Below, one piece after another: positions 1 to 11,800 of a stretch of DNA of 64,000 nt. The position numbers and the translations under genes were made by a program. Source of the stretch: Lingula anatina (lineage: Eukaryota > Animalia > Brachiopoda); assembly GCA_051362555.1 (NCBI GenBank), contig CM120640.1, forward strand, positions 30,647,967-30,711,966, given 5' to 3'. Each line of letters begins with the position of its first letter. The stretch's first letter is position 1. The notes beneath the pieces were generated by a model. It saw only the letters and a program-made list of their open reading frames with translations, made no database searches and was not told the DNA's origin.

Positions 1-931
1 TTTATCCAGAATTGTGCAAAAGATGATAACAGCATGAAATTTTCCACGATGAATGACCATTGGGTGTTTGTCAACCCCCTGATCCAAAATAGATGAACAC
101 CCAATGGTTATTCATCGGGGAAAGTTTCATGCTTCTTTCATCTATTGCACAATTCGGGAAAAAATTTGGACTGAGCCACCTGACTATACCGTACTGCACA
201 TTTTGCTTTCACCACCAATATGTACCTTTTGATAGCGTAACTCGAAAACCGTTTGGAATACAAAAAACGGAGACCACCTTCAGTGTTGGGCTTTACATGC
301 TCTACAAAATGCAAAAAAGAATGGGTCTCTAGCATTAACGGTTCCCGAATTAGAGACAGTTTTCAGTTTCGGCATCTTATGGCCGTTACTCCAGTGAAAA
401 TGCACCGATTGACCCCAAATTCACGGCGATGAAAGATGACCTGAAGGGTAACACTTTCCAATAATATTATTGGTTAAGTCTGTGTGGTGTCTGAATAACA
501 GGGCAAAAAAAATTTTTTTCATAAAAAATATTATTTTTTTGAAAATTTTGGCCCGTTTGACCTTGAAGTAAAGGTCAAAGGTCAAATCCAATGGCATATT
601 TGAAATCTACACATATGACTTTTGGAAAGCCGTCTGTAGATATTTTTCCCATAACCCCTTCCGTAGGGTAGATAATTAGCATTTAATTTTGCCATTTTTA
701 GACAAGGGTGCATTGCAATGAGTGCCACACCCAGACCCCAATACCGGCAAAGCCCAAATTTTACGTGGAACGAGCTGAGATTATAGGTGACCTAAATCCA
801 AGAGATGGGTACGGGGGCCCTTACCGTCTAGGAGGAGAAGTGGTAACGGTAGCCGTCCGGCGGAGCCGGCAGAACGATCCGGACGAGACCGAAACCATGT
901 GTACCGCCAGCGCTAACGCTGGTGGTACAAT
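1..931 (-). mobile_element. Helentron-associated non-autonomous element (HINE/DINE-like), family A, copy 1 (runs off window start)
   Basis: Terminal hairpin gtaccgccagcg-ctaa-cgctggtggtac (901-928) followed by aa; ~700 bp homologous to 5080-5785 and 15176-15933; tgaccttga/ggtcaa motifs typical of invertebrate Helentron derivatives. Confidence 0.6.
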
Positions 932-2254
932 TAAAGTGAAAGGAAAAAGATTAGAGGGAGAAAAAGAGCAACAATTGAACATCCACATTTTCCCCCAAAG
1001 CACCCTTTATTTCAGTAAAATAAGGGAGAACATATATAATAATGGCATGCACACACTCAGAAACAAAAAATACTTTTTGACAAGCATCTAAAAGTCAAAA
1101 TTAATATATCTCATACTTAAAGAACAATACACTAACACTAACAGAACAAATAAAATTTCTAGTACAGCAATATGGTATCAACAGGCCTCTATTCAAACAA
1201 ATAAAAAATACATCAATAGAACAATTTTAATATCCAATTTGCTCCATTTTGAAATTATAAACATAGTGAAGGATTGAATTTGACAAACTGCACTGATATA
1301 ATTTTATTTTCCAATTTTGACTCTTTATTTCACAAGACATGATAACAGATTTACCATCATTTTTATATAATCAACCAACAAAATTGTTAAAATGCAGAAT
1401 TTGTCAAAAGAACACATTTATCAAATATGTTCAATAATGAGACGTTTATGTCTAAGAATTGAACCTGAGGAAAAAACACTTATACAAAAAAAAAAATAAT
1501 AATAAAAAAAAATAATGTTGTAAAAATTATAAAAATAAAGCTGATTTTCAAACTCAGTAAGTTTGTAAGTTTTGTAAATTTGGAATCATATCAACTCCAC
1601 TTGCTACACTGACTGAGCTGTATCATTTCCCCTCACATTTTAAAGTAATTAATATATTCTTTATGTGGTATATGGACTGTGATCTCTGATGACTGGTTGT
1701 CTGCTACCCCATTGGGATGAGTGGGTCACTGGGGCTGGCCATGCCCTGTTTTAGGTTAAGCGTGTTTTTTGGTTTGTTGTAGTCTTCAAAAAAGACAAGA
1801 ACTTTAGACTAATGAATAAAAAAAGAAAATTTCCAGTTATTGAAGCTATTTACTCCATTCTGTGCCACAGAGCTGTCATATGCTAAGTCTGGCATGCTGA
1901 TGGCCACAACCTTTTCTCCATGGAAAGCCAGTTCCTGCAGGTGCCCCAGTCTGAATTCACTCCTCCCCATTCAAATGCAGCTAGGGCCTTGCCCATACTG
2001 AAATAACAGCAACAACTATTTCAATATGCAAGGGAATTGTTTGTTATCATTACCAAAAGATTAATATTTGGACATATATTAAATATTAAATAAGTCTTTT
2101 AAAAATTGTTGCAATGATTATACCTTATATGCCTTTAAGAAAAAACAGTTTGATAATGAATAACTCATTTTCTAAGATGCATTTGATATCATCTAAGATG
2201 ACTTAACAATTTTTTCTTAAAATTCTTTGCAAGAGAGAGAGAGAGAAATCTTAC

Positions 2255-2342
2255 CTTCTTCTTTGCAGAAATAGGAACACAACAATAACTGCCTCTAATA
2301 GGATGACCCCAAGTATAATGGGGACCACAATGGCAGCTGTTT
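2255..2342 (-). CDS. Isolated transmembrane-coding exon (single-pass membrane protein type)
   Basis: atttcag acceptor, gtaag donor; 88 bp phase1-phase2 exon reading xTAAIVVPIILGVILLEAVIVVFLFLQRR(R/S): long hydrophobic stretch plus basic stop-transfer. Confidence 0.6.
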
Positions 2343-2557
2343 CTGAAATAACATATTTACTGGGAATGTATCAAATCAAGAAGGGAAATAATTCATTGAA
2401 GCAGCAACAGGGACTTATTTACAGGGACTAGAACAACCAAGACTGACATAAGATGAATTTAATCTTAGATGCAAAAATGTTAAAAGAAACTTACTACGAG
2501 ATATGATAATCAACAAAATGAAATTTTAAAGCAAAATACAGTTTTTCAAATTTGACC

Positions 2558-4118
2558 TCAAAAAGGATCTTGATTAAAGATTATGTAGTCTACTATCAAC
2601 TTATGTGAACTTGCATCAGCTCCAGTGAAAGCTGAAGGCTCCTTTTCACAGTATTCTCCATAATACTGTGAAATTTGATCAAATTTATTCAAATACAGAG
2701 TGACAAAATTTTTGGCTTTAAATAAAATAAAAACAAAAACTCAACACCATTTCAGATGTAGGCAAGCCATGCTGCATTTTTCTTTAATTATATCAATTCA
2801 TAAACATGGGTAGATTTCACAAGATAAACAGCCAGTATACAACAGCATACCCTGGTTTTCCTCAACTGCACAAACTCCAGGATTGCATTTTTGATTTGCA
2901 AAATCATCAGCCGTAGCCAGCAATTTCAAAGGGGGGTTCTTTTTCTGAAAAAGTGGACCTTTTACCATATAATCCCCATGTACATGTACCTAGGTCAAAT
3001 TTTACACAGAGTGGACCTTTTTCCAGCAAAAAGGGGGGTTCTTTTGAACCCCCCCTGGCTACAGGCCTGTTTATCTTCATATTAAAATCTTCATGTGTAT
3101 AATAAAATAAAATGCAATCAAATGGAATACGCTTAAATACCACATATATGAGAAAAGCTAATACCTTCACCCAGACATCTGGGCTGCATACAACACCTGG
3201 GCATTGCTCTCTGACATAACGTAAATTTCCACATTTCCACAATTCACTTGCTGGAAATAAAAATCAAGTCTTACAATCGTGCAGGTTACATTTGAAGTGA
3301 TTTAGCACACTTTTATTGTTAATGGTAGTAAAAATTGACAAATGAAAATATTTGCTCAGAAAGTATGACTAATTCCATTTTAAAACAAAGATATGGGAAG
3401 GCATGGTGATGGTCAGCTTGCATTAAAACAAAGCTCTTTTGTGAGTGATAATCCATTCAATTTTTAAGAATTTGGGCAATTTCTTATCCCCTAATGCCTT
3501 TTCATGACTTATCAAATGCTTATTAGGGTGGGGTGTGGGTGGGGGGGAAGCTTACCTCAGGTGGCTTCTGTGTTTGTGAGTTCACAATCTGCAAAGTCCA
3601 TCAAAATTGGTAATTGGATGAGTGTCCTGTCTCAACAACCCTACGTAACACTCCAGGGACACTACATGTGTCAGGCATCAGATTGACAGTAACAAAGGCC
3701 ACACTGATTAGAGATTTTCCATACACCACTTCCTGATAGACCTTACTGTAAAAAGAAATCAGTGATTTTTATATTTTTACTTTCAAACAGAGCCTATTTC
3801 AGTTATGTTGCATTGATTGCATTGAAGACAATTGCAGTTCATTCTTTTGTAATTTAATAAAGAAACACTTAATGAAATCAAGAATGTAATTCATCCTCTC
3901 ACCTTGCAAATGATGCCCTCCTATTCCTAAAGGAGAGTACAGGAGGTAAAGTCAAAGTAGTGATGTTTGTGACAGGGGGTGGGGTCTCCAGAGCATATCC
4001 CTGCAGATTAAATATATAGCCGTTTAAACTTTCCACTATAAAAAAACATCTTCTGATGGGAGGATTGCCTCATTATCCACATTGGTCACATTAAGTGGCT
4101 TTGTTGCTCAGCAGGTAT
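2558..4118 (-). pseudogene. Degraded Ulp1/peptidase C48-like domain in four exons (4118-3903, 3745-3556, 3250-3165, 2665-2558)
   Basis: AG/GT-bounded exons giving ..ESLNGYI.. (cf. DEVINFY), ..*WTLQIVN.. (cf. HWxL), WKCGNLRYVREQCPGVVCSPDVWVK (Q-x5-C spacing as in the Ulp1 oxyanion Gln/catalytic Cys) spliced in phase to YYGEYCEKEPSAFTGADASSHKLIVDYII (cf. YAEY..F...D....R); internal stop and a phase break present. Confidence 0.55.
2908..3069. mobile_element. Degenerate short MITE with (ca)gccgtagccag/ctggctacaggcctg ends
   Basis: Imperfect terminal inverted repeats and G/C runs like those of the 54812 family; no clear TSD. Confidence 0.35.
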
Positions 4119-4827
4119 CTGAAAATATTTTAATACATCATTTAATAAAATAGACAGACAGATAGATAGAATTAAATTAATAACACAGTATCATAATGAT
4201 GCTATGATAGATATTCTATGTTAAATTTTTGGTTTAATAGTTTATTTAATATACCAAATTTTACTCAGACTAAATTAACATGAAACACATACACATACAC
4301 ACACACACAAACACAAAAGACACAAATTATGTGTTCTTTATTTTCTTTAACTGAGGTGAGAAAGCAATCGGTAGGGGGTGTAACTTCATCCCTGCACAAG
4401 ATTTTGTCACCAATGTGGCAAAGTTGACCACAAGTCTTAGGACTATAATCCTGTGCTGTCATTTTTTTATGGAGTTATGAACCCCTAATAACAGATTTCC
4501 ATTCAACAAAGGCATCATTTTGCTTTGTTAATGATTAAATCTGAACTAAGGCTTTTAAGAAAAATTGCTGGCAGGGTTTTGGAATATTAAATGGTGTCAT
4601 TAAATTTGTGTTAAAACAGTGTTTGTGCATGCTCAGGTAAAAGAGAAATGTGACATGACGTGTGTAAATGCTAATTAATTTTGTCATGGAACACTGAAGA
4701 TATATTTATTATCCAAAATGATGTATGTTTTCAATAAATAAGGAGTTTTTGGCAAATGTTTAGTAATATAGTATCCTTAAAAAAGACAAAGTTTCATAAT
4801 TTTATAATCCAAACTCAGTTTCGGCAC

Positions 4828-4994
4828 CTAGTTTTTGTGCATCTCCACACTCCAGCCAATGTTTCTTCCTCACCAGCCATAATACACATCTCCATACTCC
4901 AGCCCATGTTTCTTCCTCTGATCGAGTCACCAGCCATAATACACATTCCTTTGGCATTATGTCAACCATGAATCAGGCTGAAGTGGCAATCCCT
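4828..4994 (-). pseudogene. Exon remnant, possibly PHD-finger-like
   Basis: ttgtag acceptor; after frameshift correction reads EEET-WLECG-xCTK; contains an internal ~55-bp duplication; weak. Confidence 0.25.
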
Positions 4995-5079
4995 CTACAA
5001 ATATATAAAGAGAGAAAATGAAAATGTAATTAATATAGGCTTGCACATTCACTTAAATAAATGAATGATTAAAATATAG

Positions 5080-5785
5080 GGCAATGCCTAAACCATATCA
5101 AAAACAAAAAAATGGGCACCACCTCCAGTATTGCACTTGACAAGGTCTACAAAATGCAATAAAACAGAGATCTCTGGCATTTACCATTCCAGATTTAGAG
5201 CGAGTTTTCAGTTTCGGTATCTAATGGCGGCTTCTCCCGTGAAAATGCACCGATTGACCCCAAACTCTCAAAGATGAAAGGAGACCCAATGGTAACCCCT
5301 CACTAAAATAGGAGAGCTTAGGGCTGCATAGTTTCCAAAAATTAGCACAAACAAATATTTTTTTACAGAAAATTCCCATTTTTAGAAAATTTTGGCTTGT
5401 TTGACCTTGAAAAAACAGTCAAAAGTCAAATCCAAGGACATATTTAGAATCTCCACATGTGACTTTCGGTCAGACTTCTGTAGTAATTTTTCCCATAATT
5501 CCTTTGGTTTGGGAGATATTTAGCATTGAATTTTCAAAAATTTTGACAAGGGTGCATTTCAACAAGCGTCACGCCCAGGCCAGTGCACTGACGGAGACAA
5601 AAAAACCAGGGTGTTTAAGTTGAGATTATATGTGACCTAAATCCAAGAGATGGGGACACAGGTCCTTGCGGTCTAGGAGGAGAAGCGGTAACGGCGATTT
5701 GTTTCCGGCGCCCGACTGCGGAGCCGGCGGAGCTGTACGAGACGGGTTGGGACTAAAACCATGAGTACCGCCAGCGTACACGCTT
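5080..5785 (-). mobile_element. HINE family A, copy 2
   Basis: Colinear homology to ~250-930, ending in a truncated gtaccgccagcg hairpin. Confidence 0.55.
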
Positions 5786-6564
5786 AATAAGATTCATATT
5801 AAGAAAATGCCCATCCTCATAAATGCAGAATATTAAATATAAACCAAGCTAAACATTGGACTTTACTTTATATAGATTCCTGATTAAGTAATATAAGCCA
5901 GTTGATGGCACTGATTGAAATTTTAAATGAAATATGATGTTACCCTTTTCTGCATTCTTCATTGAGCTCACGGCAGCCACCTTTTATTAAATAATAAAGC
6001 CCACCAGAATGGACTATTCTGGCAATCAAAGTTCTGAAGCTTATATAAATGCCAAGAATATTGTCAAGGGATAACAAATCATACGAGATCCATACTATAC
6101 TTTACAATAAATACATTGTAAACAACTCAGAAATGTAATAAATTCTATTATACCACCAAAACAGAAGTTATCATAATTATGTGTTAATTAAGTTGAACTT
6201 ACTTTGGGTCTTTATATTCATTGCCAAAATCTCAAATGCCTGTGAAATGAAAAAAAAAAAAAAAAAAAAAAAAAAAACTTACAATTTCAACCTGACAGTG
6301 ATAATATAAACTTTTTTAGTCAATGATGTATGATTTCATCATTAACTTTACAAATTTTGCATTTATATTATTTTGTTAGTCAGAAAAATTAACTCACTTT
6401 TTGTTTAATAAACTTTGCTCCAAAGTAACCAGCTTTTTTTTTTTTTTTTTTTTTTTTTGTGAACAGTATCCCTTAATAAAGTTTGCATGCCTTTGAAGTT
6501 TAGGTATGTCTATGTTTTGTTGAGGTTACAAACTATTGTCTGAACCGTGAAGCAATTTAGCATC

Positions 6565-6750
6565 TTAAACTGCATTCCCACAGATTTTAGATTGATCTAT
6601 CCCCATAGGAAGTCTCACTAGATAACTGTCAGCTTAGCCAGCTGAAACGTCTGTCCGGCCTACTAAAAGCTGACAGCAATTGATCATGAACCCCCAGGGA
6701 GTTAGGTCAATCCAGATAGATCAATCTACATCTTTGGGAATGCAGTCTTA
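6565..6750. mobile_element. PIF/Harbinger-like MITE
   Basis: TIRs actgcattcccacagattttagattgatctat / atagatcaatctacatctttgggaatgcagt with TA(A)-type flanks; relatives at ~39083-39317, ~39955-40168 and a fragment at ~19130-19165. Confidence 0.55.
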
Positions 6751-6986
6751 GAAAAACTGTAATTAAAACTTAAATGCCTTTACATTTTTCACCTACGTTT
6801 CCTTTTCTTCTTCACTTGAACTATCCACAAAATACTAAATTCTAGTGGTTTTACAATTGGAACATGGTAGAAAAACCATAATTTTTTAAATTTCCTTACG
6901 TTTTGCAATCTTTGAGAGTCACGTTCATCCTTAGTGCCGGACAGGCAATTATAATCCTCTACAATCTGAAAAACAAAATTAATAAT

Positions 6987-6990
<4 letters not shown>

Positions 6991-7043
<53 letters not shown>
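6991..7043. repeat. (TA)n microsatellite
   Basis: Direct observation. Confidence 0.95.
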
Positions 7044-7045
<2 letters not shown>

Positions 7046-7344
7046 TTGATATATAAATTCTTTTATGTAATTATTTGTGTATTAATTTTTTGAGATGTAC
7101 AGACACAGATGTCACTACAATCATGTAGTTGTCACTTGCGTCTTTCGTCACCATTCACTTTCAGTGATAACACCATAAGTGGAAAAACTCTTTAACTTTT
7201 CTCTTAAAACTTTTGAACTCTCATGTTTCTGAGGTCTATGCTAGTTACATATCCCTAATATATGTGTTACTTGTTGTGCACAATTAAAACTTGGTGTTGA
7301 TTTTGCTGTTAGGCCTAATTCATTATTGCATCTAATGTTGTGTA

Positions 7345-7582
7345 TCATTTAATGTTACATCTGGTCAACACCATTATACAGCTCAGAGACATAGACAATA
7401 ACAAAACCAACAGTGAAAAAACTAGGTACATAGGATGATATCATGGACTGAACACAACAGTAATGAGGAAGTACAAAATAATCTAAAAATGAAAAGATAA
7501 TTGTTGAACACCACAAGAAAACAAAATTACCTCATTTTGGAGATATCATAAGGAAAAATAATTTGCAGCTGTTGTTGTTAAA
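7345..7582 (+). mobile_element. RTE-clade LINE ORF2 C-terminal fragment
   Basis: Degraded translation LYSSET*TITK..KKL..ISWTEH..NEEV....KR*LLNTTRK...FG.IIRKNNLQLLLL matches the RTE/BovB ORF2 tail pattern. Confidence 0.55.
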
Positions 7583-7584
7583 AC

Positions 7585-8860
7585 CTGCTTTTTCAATAGG
7601 AATTAGCCATCCACAGACAGGTAGAGAATGGAAAGGGTACTCTGGAAAAAGAGCAATATAATTGAAAAAAAACTGAAAATAACACTGAAAACACTGGCAA
7701 ATTCCATGACTTAAAATAGTTCAACATTAATAATTTTGTCAAATCTAGTCCAATGTTTCTGATATTTGTACAAATTAAGCTTAACAACAATAAAAATCTT
7801 GTTTTTTTTTTTTTTAAGTGTAATTTTTTTTTTTTGAAATTGATAATCAGAAGAGTGAGAATTAACCAGATTTAGTTTCTAAATTGCAATGTATTATTTA
7901 CTCTCAAAGAAAACAGCAAACGTGATGATTTGGGGTTGTTTGAGTAAGAGGTGGCAAATTACCTATAAGTTCTATCTGGAAAACAATATAAACCCATACA
8001 AAACTTCTCCTTACTACCAATGGCAGATGCAGATTACTGCTTACAATGGGTTTCTGGAATGGGTTGTTGTTACCACAATATTTGACAAATCTTGCCACAT
8101 ATCATGTATTGTAATCATGGATAAGAGATAGTACTGCTCTTGATGCTGTCTTTTACTGCCAGCTTTTTCATGTTCAGGGTACTCTGGAAAAAGAATAATA
8201 TAAATAAAAAAACTGAAAATTACATTGAAAAGACTGGCAAATTCAATGACTTAAAATAGTTAAATGTTTATAATTTTGTAAAATCTAGTCCAATATTACT
8301 GAAATTTGTACAAATGATGCTGAACAACAATAAAAATCTGTGATAAGCTGATCAGTTGACTGTGTCTAATTAAAAGTATTTTTTCAGACAATATATTTGA
8401 ACAAACTGAAAATTACATTGAAGATTGGCAATAAAAATCTGTGATAAGCTGATCAGTTGTCTGTCTTTTTTTAAGCATCAGTTTTTTTTTTGGAAAGAGA
8501 GAAGAGTGAGAATTAACCAAAACTAATATTTCAATATTGAACTGTATTATTTACTCTCAAAGAAAACTGCAAACATGATGATTTGAGGTTGTTTGTGTAA
8601 GAGGTTGCAAATTACTTATAAGTATTATATGGAAAACAATATATACCCATACAAGACTTCTACTTATTACCAATGCCAGATGCAGATTATGGGTTTCTGG
8701 AATGGGTTGCTGTTAGCACAATATTTGACTATGTCCTAAATCTTGCCACATATCATGTATTGTACACATGGATAAGACATAGTGCTGCTCTTGGTGCTGT
8801 CTTAAGCTTTCACTGCCTGCTTTTTCATGTTAAGGGTACTCTGGAAAAAGAATAATATAA
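7585..8860 (-). repeat. Exon-A + ~192-bp satellite module, tandem copies
   Basis: Exon-like block (ttccag..gtaat on minus strand; ~7961-8180 and ~8617-8840) alternating with satellite monomers; same module at 16-18 kb, 22 kb, 25 kb and 62 kb. Confidence 0.7.
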
Positions 8861-8863
8861 CTA

Positions 8864-11800
8864 AACAAGGCAGCAAAGCCGTCAAATGTACAGACAAAAA
8901 CAGAAAATAAAAATGCAGATAAACAGGTCATTTTGTCAATTTAGATGCAATAATAAACAAGGCAGCAAAGCTGTCAAATGTACAGACAAAAAACAGGAAA
9001 TAACTATGCACAAAATAGGCTACTGTCAATTCTGATGCAAAAATACATTATGTTAAACTGCAAATTCAACATAAAATTTTAATTATCCTCAAAAGGTAAT
9101 ACCAATGTAATTAAAATATGTGACAAGTTTACACTTTGAAAATGTATAACTTCCAGAAAAAGAAGTCAATTCAACTGCTTTTCCAACTCAGGCTGAATTT
9201 TAGTCCTGTATTTCTTTTTTGAAAGTTTGGCAATCATAAGTAAAATGGTTTTCCCATAATGGTCATCATGGCAGCAGCACCCAAAATTGTGTTTTCTTCT
9301 ATTCTGATGCCATATTACAAAATGGTTAACAGCATAATGACCATCAATTTTTAATAATAAAATATACGTATCATGGATTTTCAGAAAATGTGACTAGCAT
9401 GGGTCTTCAAGCCCGTGGAACTTCAAAGTCACACCTTGAAAATGCCAATATGTGAAAAATTAAATTTTCACAAAAAACTGTTTAACTGGCAGTAAGAATT
9501 ACCAAACAGACTGTATTTCCTACTGAAGCTGTATTTTAGTCCCATGTTTCTTTCCTGTAAGTTTGAGAACAGTAAATGACATGGTTTTTCTTAAATGGTC
9601 ATCATGGGAGCAGTGCCCAAAATAGTTTTTTTTTCAAATTTTGATGCAATATTACATAATGTTTAACAGCATAATGACCATCAATTTTAATGATAAAATA
9701 TTAGTATTATGGATATTCAGAAAATGTGCCTAGCAAAGGTCTTCAGGCCCATGGAACTTCAAAGTCACATCTTGAAAATGCCAAAATGTAAATGAGACAG
9801 CACTGTTCTGAAATGTTTTTTTTTTTTCATTTTTAACAATTTTTAACATAAAACAAAATTAACAGTTTTCTGCCGTTTTTATATGATCAACTAAGAAAAT
9901 TGATGAGATGGAAAAAATATCAACAGAGCAGTGTTAAATGTCCAATTTCTTCCATTCTGAGATTCTGAACATAGTGAATGATTGAATCTGACAAACTGCA
10001 ATGATATGGGTTTATTTCCATTTTTGAAACTTTATTACACAATACACGATAACAAGTTTACCCTCATTTTTACATAATCAACTAATAATGTGGTAAAGAT
10101 GCAGAAAATGCCAAACAAACACTTTTACGTATCTTATTAGTTCAATTATGAAACTGTTTACATGCCTAAGAATTGAATCTGAGGAAATGTGAAAAAACTG
10201 CATTTCTTTAAAATAATGGCCCGATTATGCTGATTTTTGAAGTCAACCTGCGTTTTAGCAGGAATGACCACTCCTGTAAGTTTAATGACAATTGGCCTAT
10301 CTGTTTTTCTTATATTGTGTTAACAGTGTTGCATATATGCTGAAAAGTGAAAAAAAAAAAGCATAACTTCTACAATAATGGCCCGATCATGCTGATTTTC
10401 GAACTTGACCTGCATTTTATGAATATTCGTCAGCTCTGTAAATATACAGCCAAAAAGTAAAACTTTCTTCCACTTATCGTGTTTACAATGAAAGTGCACG
10501 GCGCCAGCGACAGCGACAGTGATGGCAACGACGGCGACGACAGATGCAGGTGATGGCAATATGTACAGACACATCTGTACATATTAACTGTACTGTTTGA
10601 GAACAGTAAGTGACATGGTTTTTCTTAAATGGTCATCATGGGAGCAGTGCCCCAAATAGTTTTTTTTCAAATTTTGATGCAATATTACATAATGTTTAAC
10701 AGCATAATGACCATCAATTTTTAATAATAAAATATTAGTATCATGGACAAACAGAAAACATGACTAACAAAGGTTTTTAGGTCGATGGAACTTCAAAGTC
10801 ACACCTTAAAAATGCCAAAATGTAAACAAGACTCCACTGTTCTGAAATGGGTTTATTTCCATTTTTAACACTTTTTTAACATAAAATTAATAGGATACTG
10901 CCATTTTTTATATGATCAACTAAGAAAATTGATGAGATGTGAAAAATATCAATAGAACAGTGTTAAATGTCCAATTTCTTCCATTCTGAGATTCTGAACA
11001 TAGTGAATGATTGAATCTGACAAACTGCAATGATATGAGTTTATTTCCATTTTTGACACTTTATTACACAATACACGATAACAAGTTTACCATCACTTTT
11101 ACATAATCAACTAACAATGTTGTAAAGATGAAGGAAATGTCAAACAAACACTTTTACGTATCTTATTAGTTCAATAATGAGACTGTTAACATGCCTAAGA
11201 ACTGAATCTGTAGAAATGTGAAACAAGACAGCACTGTTCTGAAATGGGTTTTTTCCCATTTTTAACAATTTTTTTACACAAAACAAAATTAACAGTTTAC
11301 TGCCATTTTTATATGATCAACTAAGAAAATTGATGAGATGGGAAAAATATCAATAGAATAGTGTAAAATGTCCAATTTCTTCCATTCTGAGATTCTGAAC
11401 ATAATGAATTATTGAATATGACAAACTGCAATGATATGAGTTTATTTCCATTTTTGACACTTTATTACACAATACACGATAACAAGTTTACCATCATTTT
11501 TACATAATCAACTAACAATGTTGTAAAGATGCAGGAACTGTCAAACAAACACTTTTATGTATCTTATTAGTTAAATAATAAGACTGTTAACATGCCTAAG
11601 AACTGAATCTGAGGAAATGTGAAAAAACAGCATAACTTCTAAAATAATGGCCCGATTATGCTGATTTTCGAACTCAACCTGCGTTTTAGTAAGATTGACC
11701 ACTCCTGTGAGTTTAATGACAATTGAGTTTAATGACAATTTTCCTTAAAATGTGTTTACAGCGTTGCATATATGCTGAAAAGTGAAAAAAACAGCATAAC

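Noticed and set aside
708-1091. 127-aa ORF
   Set aside because: Lies across a HINE terminus; the frame is not preserved in the other two copies
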